From a virus: a stretch of DNA of 64,000 nt. The notes beneath the pieces are model-generated. The model searched no databases and was not told the DNA's origin. It was given only the letters and a program-made list of their open reading frames with translations. Location: positions 1-64,000 of the IMG/VR virus record IMGVR_UViG_3300043185_000099. One strand, written 5' to 3'. Made by a program: the position numbers and the translations under genes. Shown here in pieces: positions 63,901-64,000 of this stretch. The stretch's first letter is position 1, and each line of letters starts with the position of its first letter.

Positions 63901-64000
63901 GCGGATCGGAGATGGAACCTCGGGCGACGCCTCATTAATGTCGGTGCTCTCCGCGACGAACCCAACCGCGTACCCATATGCGTAAGAGCTGGCCCAGGAG
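60916..64000 (-). CDS. large putative virion protein (5' end lies beyond the window)
   Basis: The frame of the 989-aa ORF stays open from 63885 to the right edge; G/P/T-rich. Confidence 0.7.
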   Translation of the reverse strand, partial: SWASSYAYGYAVGFVAESTDINEASPEVPSPIRSKPLKLGQRGLPDVDFVPYNWRTNRFGQKGPSLVGHPISFEVIGPTLKSPFCDWTWAASPAAGANGGDTLTMDVRPDGGPAVAVTVAEGYDIPNFTIGDLNEPLGGLYVVITDDGANPGSTPAGTTPMGALPSRLDTAKYEIFRVASVGGNVIELHPNKRLADHFDLTVPLPRHIRSITILKPYVTRLAAVPGSGEGVGRERSFVVLSPEEAAASDLYPPYDGGTLGDGSWLQGGFAGVPTVGAAAQYGGRATLPNPRPLREGTAEIEKQAAATTALAGQMIIQNVQNPSSSDLGRILKIYQIDSDDGVDLTFGTRIQALGWFEVLSTGAVLLGDRYILARVAEVDPNDGATFFGPGPYFIAGGDPVHLAFFTVHEPASLVWQGAFDLDKVEALRLRNLIDPVLVERALKEVSDAASWPLPGGVSPARADKAIFDTMAQTPVGGGLPSASDPGSLLDLGFRMVLFPAREGSSGDPEPDFDRPITSREIIIDPSLTEEQYVDIDYSSGVISLSHAPPAAPGGQIVPNGIIGGSGTDNPRNEIVLFAACVPYSMEPSQTGPGMRVAGGRDGSVDAYSGRIGANVDLVATGFVATPPYIGATGIVLSQVWEGPPTGVIEILEGSLAPDGTPVTRSYGLWGYTEVITVGFSSSLLLVSSHPDVDDPSGAAALCVILRRDVVFSQTSSNNAKLTEDAKFDTVYGASQRATALRFPDATVEPQIDGSVKVILPIQAAQFAFSSYQWGYFCASAFPEANVIGNKFYSENGFVEPLAYQDNANPVNGAPGGVYAVTSHGPRLRLASLIAQFDYKGVMTSPDNNGVGVVSVNSFTRYVTKFEINASGEEYIFFTGLIGTDTGVTSPITSAEAISILAPPADVVMAGLRVYGPTTDTFSFFGLGSGGALGLPTGVVSDGTGVYHFVMETFSGPEVRYGLFDANFTMIANGVINSAANLPAGATGLYLITAIQKTSAGAPRVNLDTWFTHSVTRFDITGPPLLPP

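Noticed and set aside
1-64000. Genome-wide stop-codon reassignment (suggested by the phage release factor)
   Set aside because: Long genes are uninterrupted in code 11. TGA ends many genes in ATGA/GTGA overlaps, TAG and TAA also terminate genes, and no suppressor tRNA was seen.

Overview
A gene-dense, GC-rich 64 kb segment that reads as part of a large (jumbo-type) tailed phage genome. Most genes are on the minus strand, with tight ATGA/GTGA stop-start overlaps. Coordinates 23-52 kb hold a replication/modification block: family A DNA polymerase, NAD-dependent ligase, DnaB-like helicase plus loader-like protein, CHC2 primase zinc finger, SNF2 helicase, GroEL, and many DNA-methyltransferase genes and modules. 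From 53 kb to the right edge are large putative virion genes. Four free-standing homing endonucleases and one intein are scattered through the window. The 6-23 kb accessory region is centred on translation: RNA ligase, RNase Z-like gene, intact and broken tRNA genes, and a domain-1-less RF1-type release factor split by a prfB-style CTT-TGA-C +1 frameshift. It also carries a macro domain protein, UDG, a vanadium haloperoxidase and a thaumatin-like lipoprotein. The most striking pattern is that several tRNA genes are directly preceded by short ORFs, mostly missed by the ORF track, that are rich in codons those tRNAs read. Examples are MRRTTTTETTVT before three tRNA-Thr genes and DQDSDEDDD before a tRNA-Asp, with weaker Lys and His cases. 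This suggests codon-sensing, attenuator-like control of tRNA genes. The second candidate system is a beta-class DNA methyltransferase split into separately encoded, multi-copy catalytic, middle and SAM-binding modules. All functional calls come from motif recognition by eye; no searches were run, and the host is not determined.
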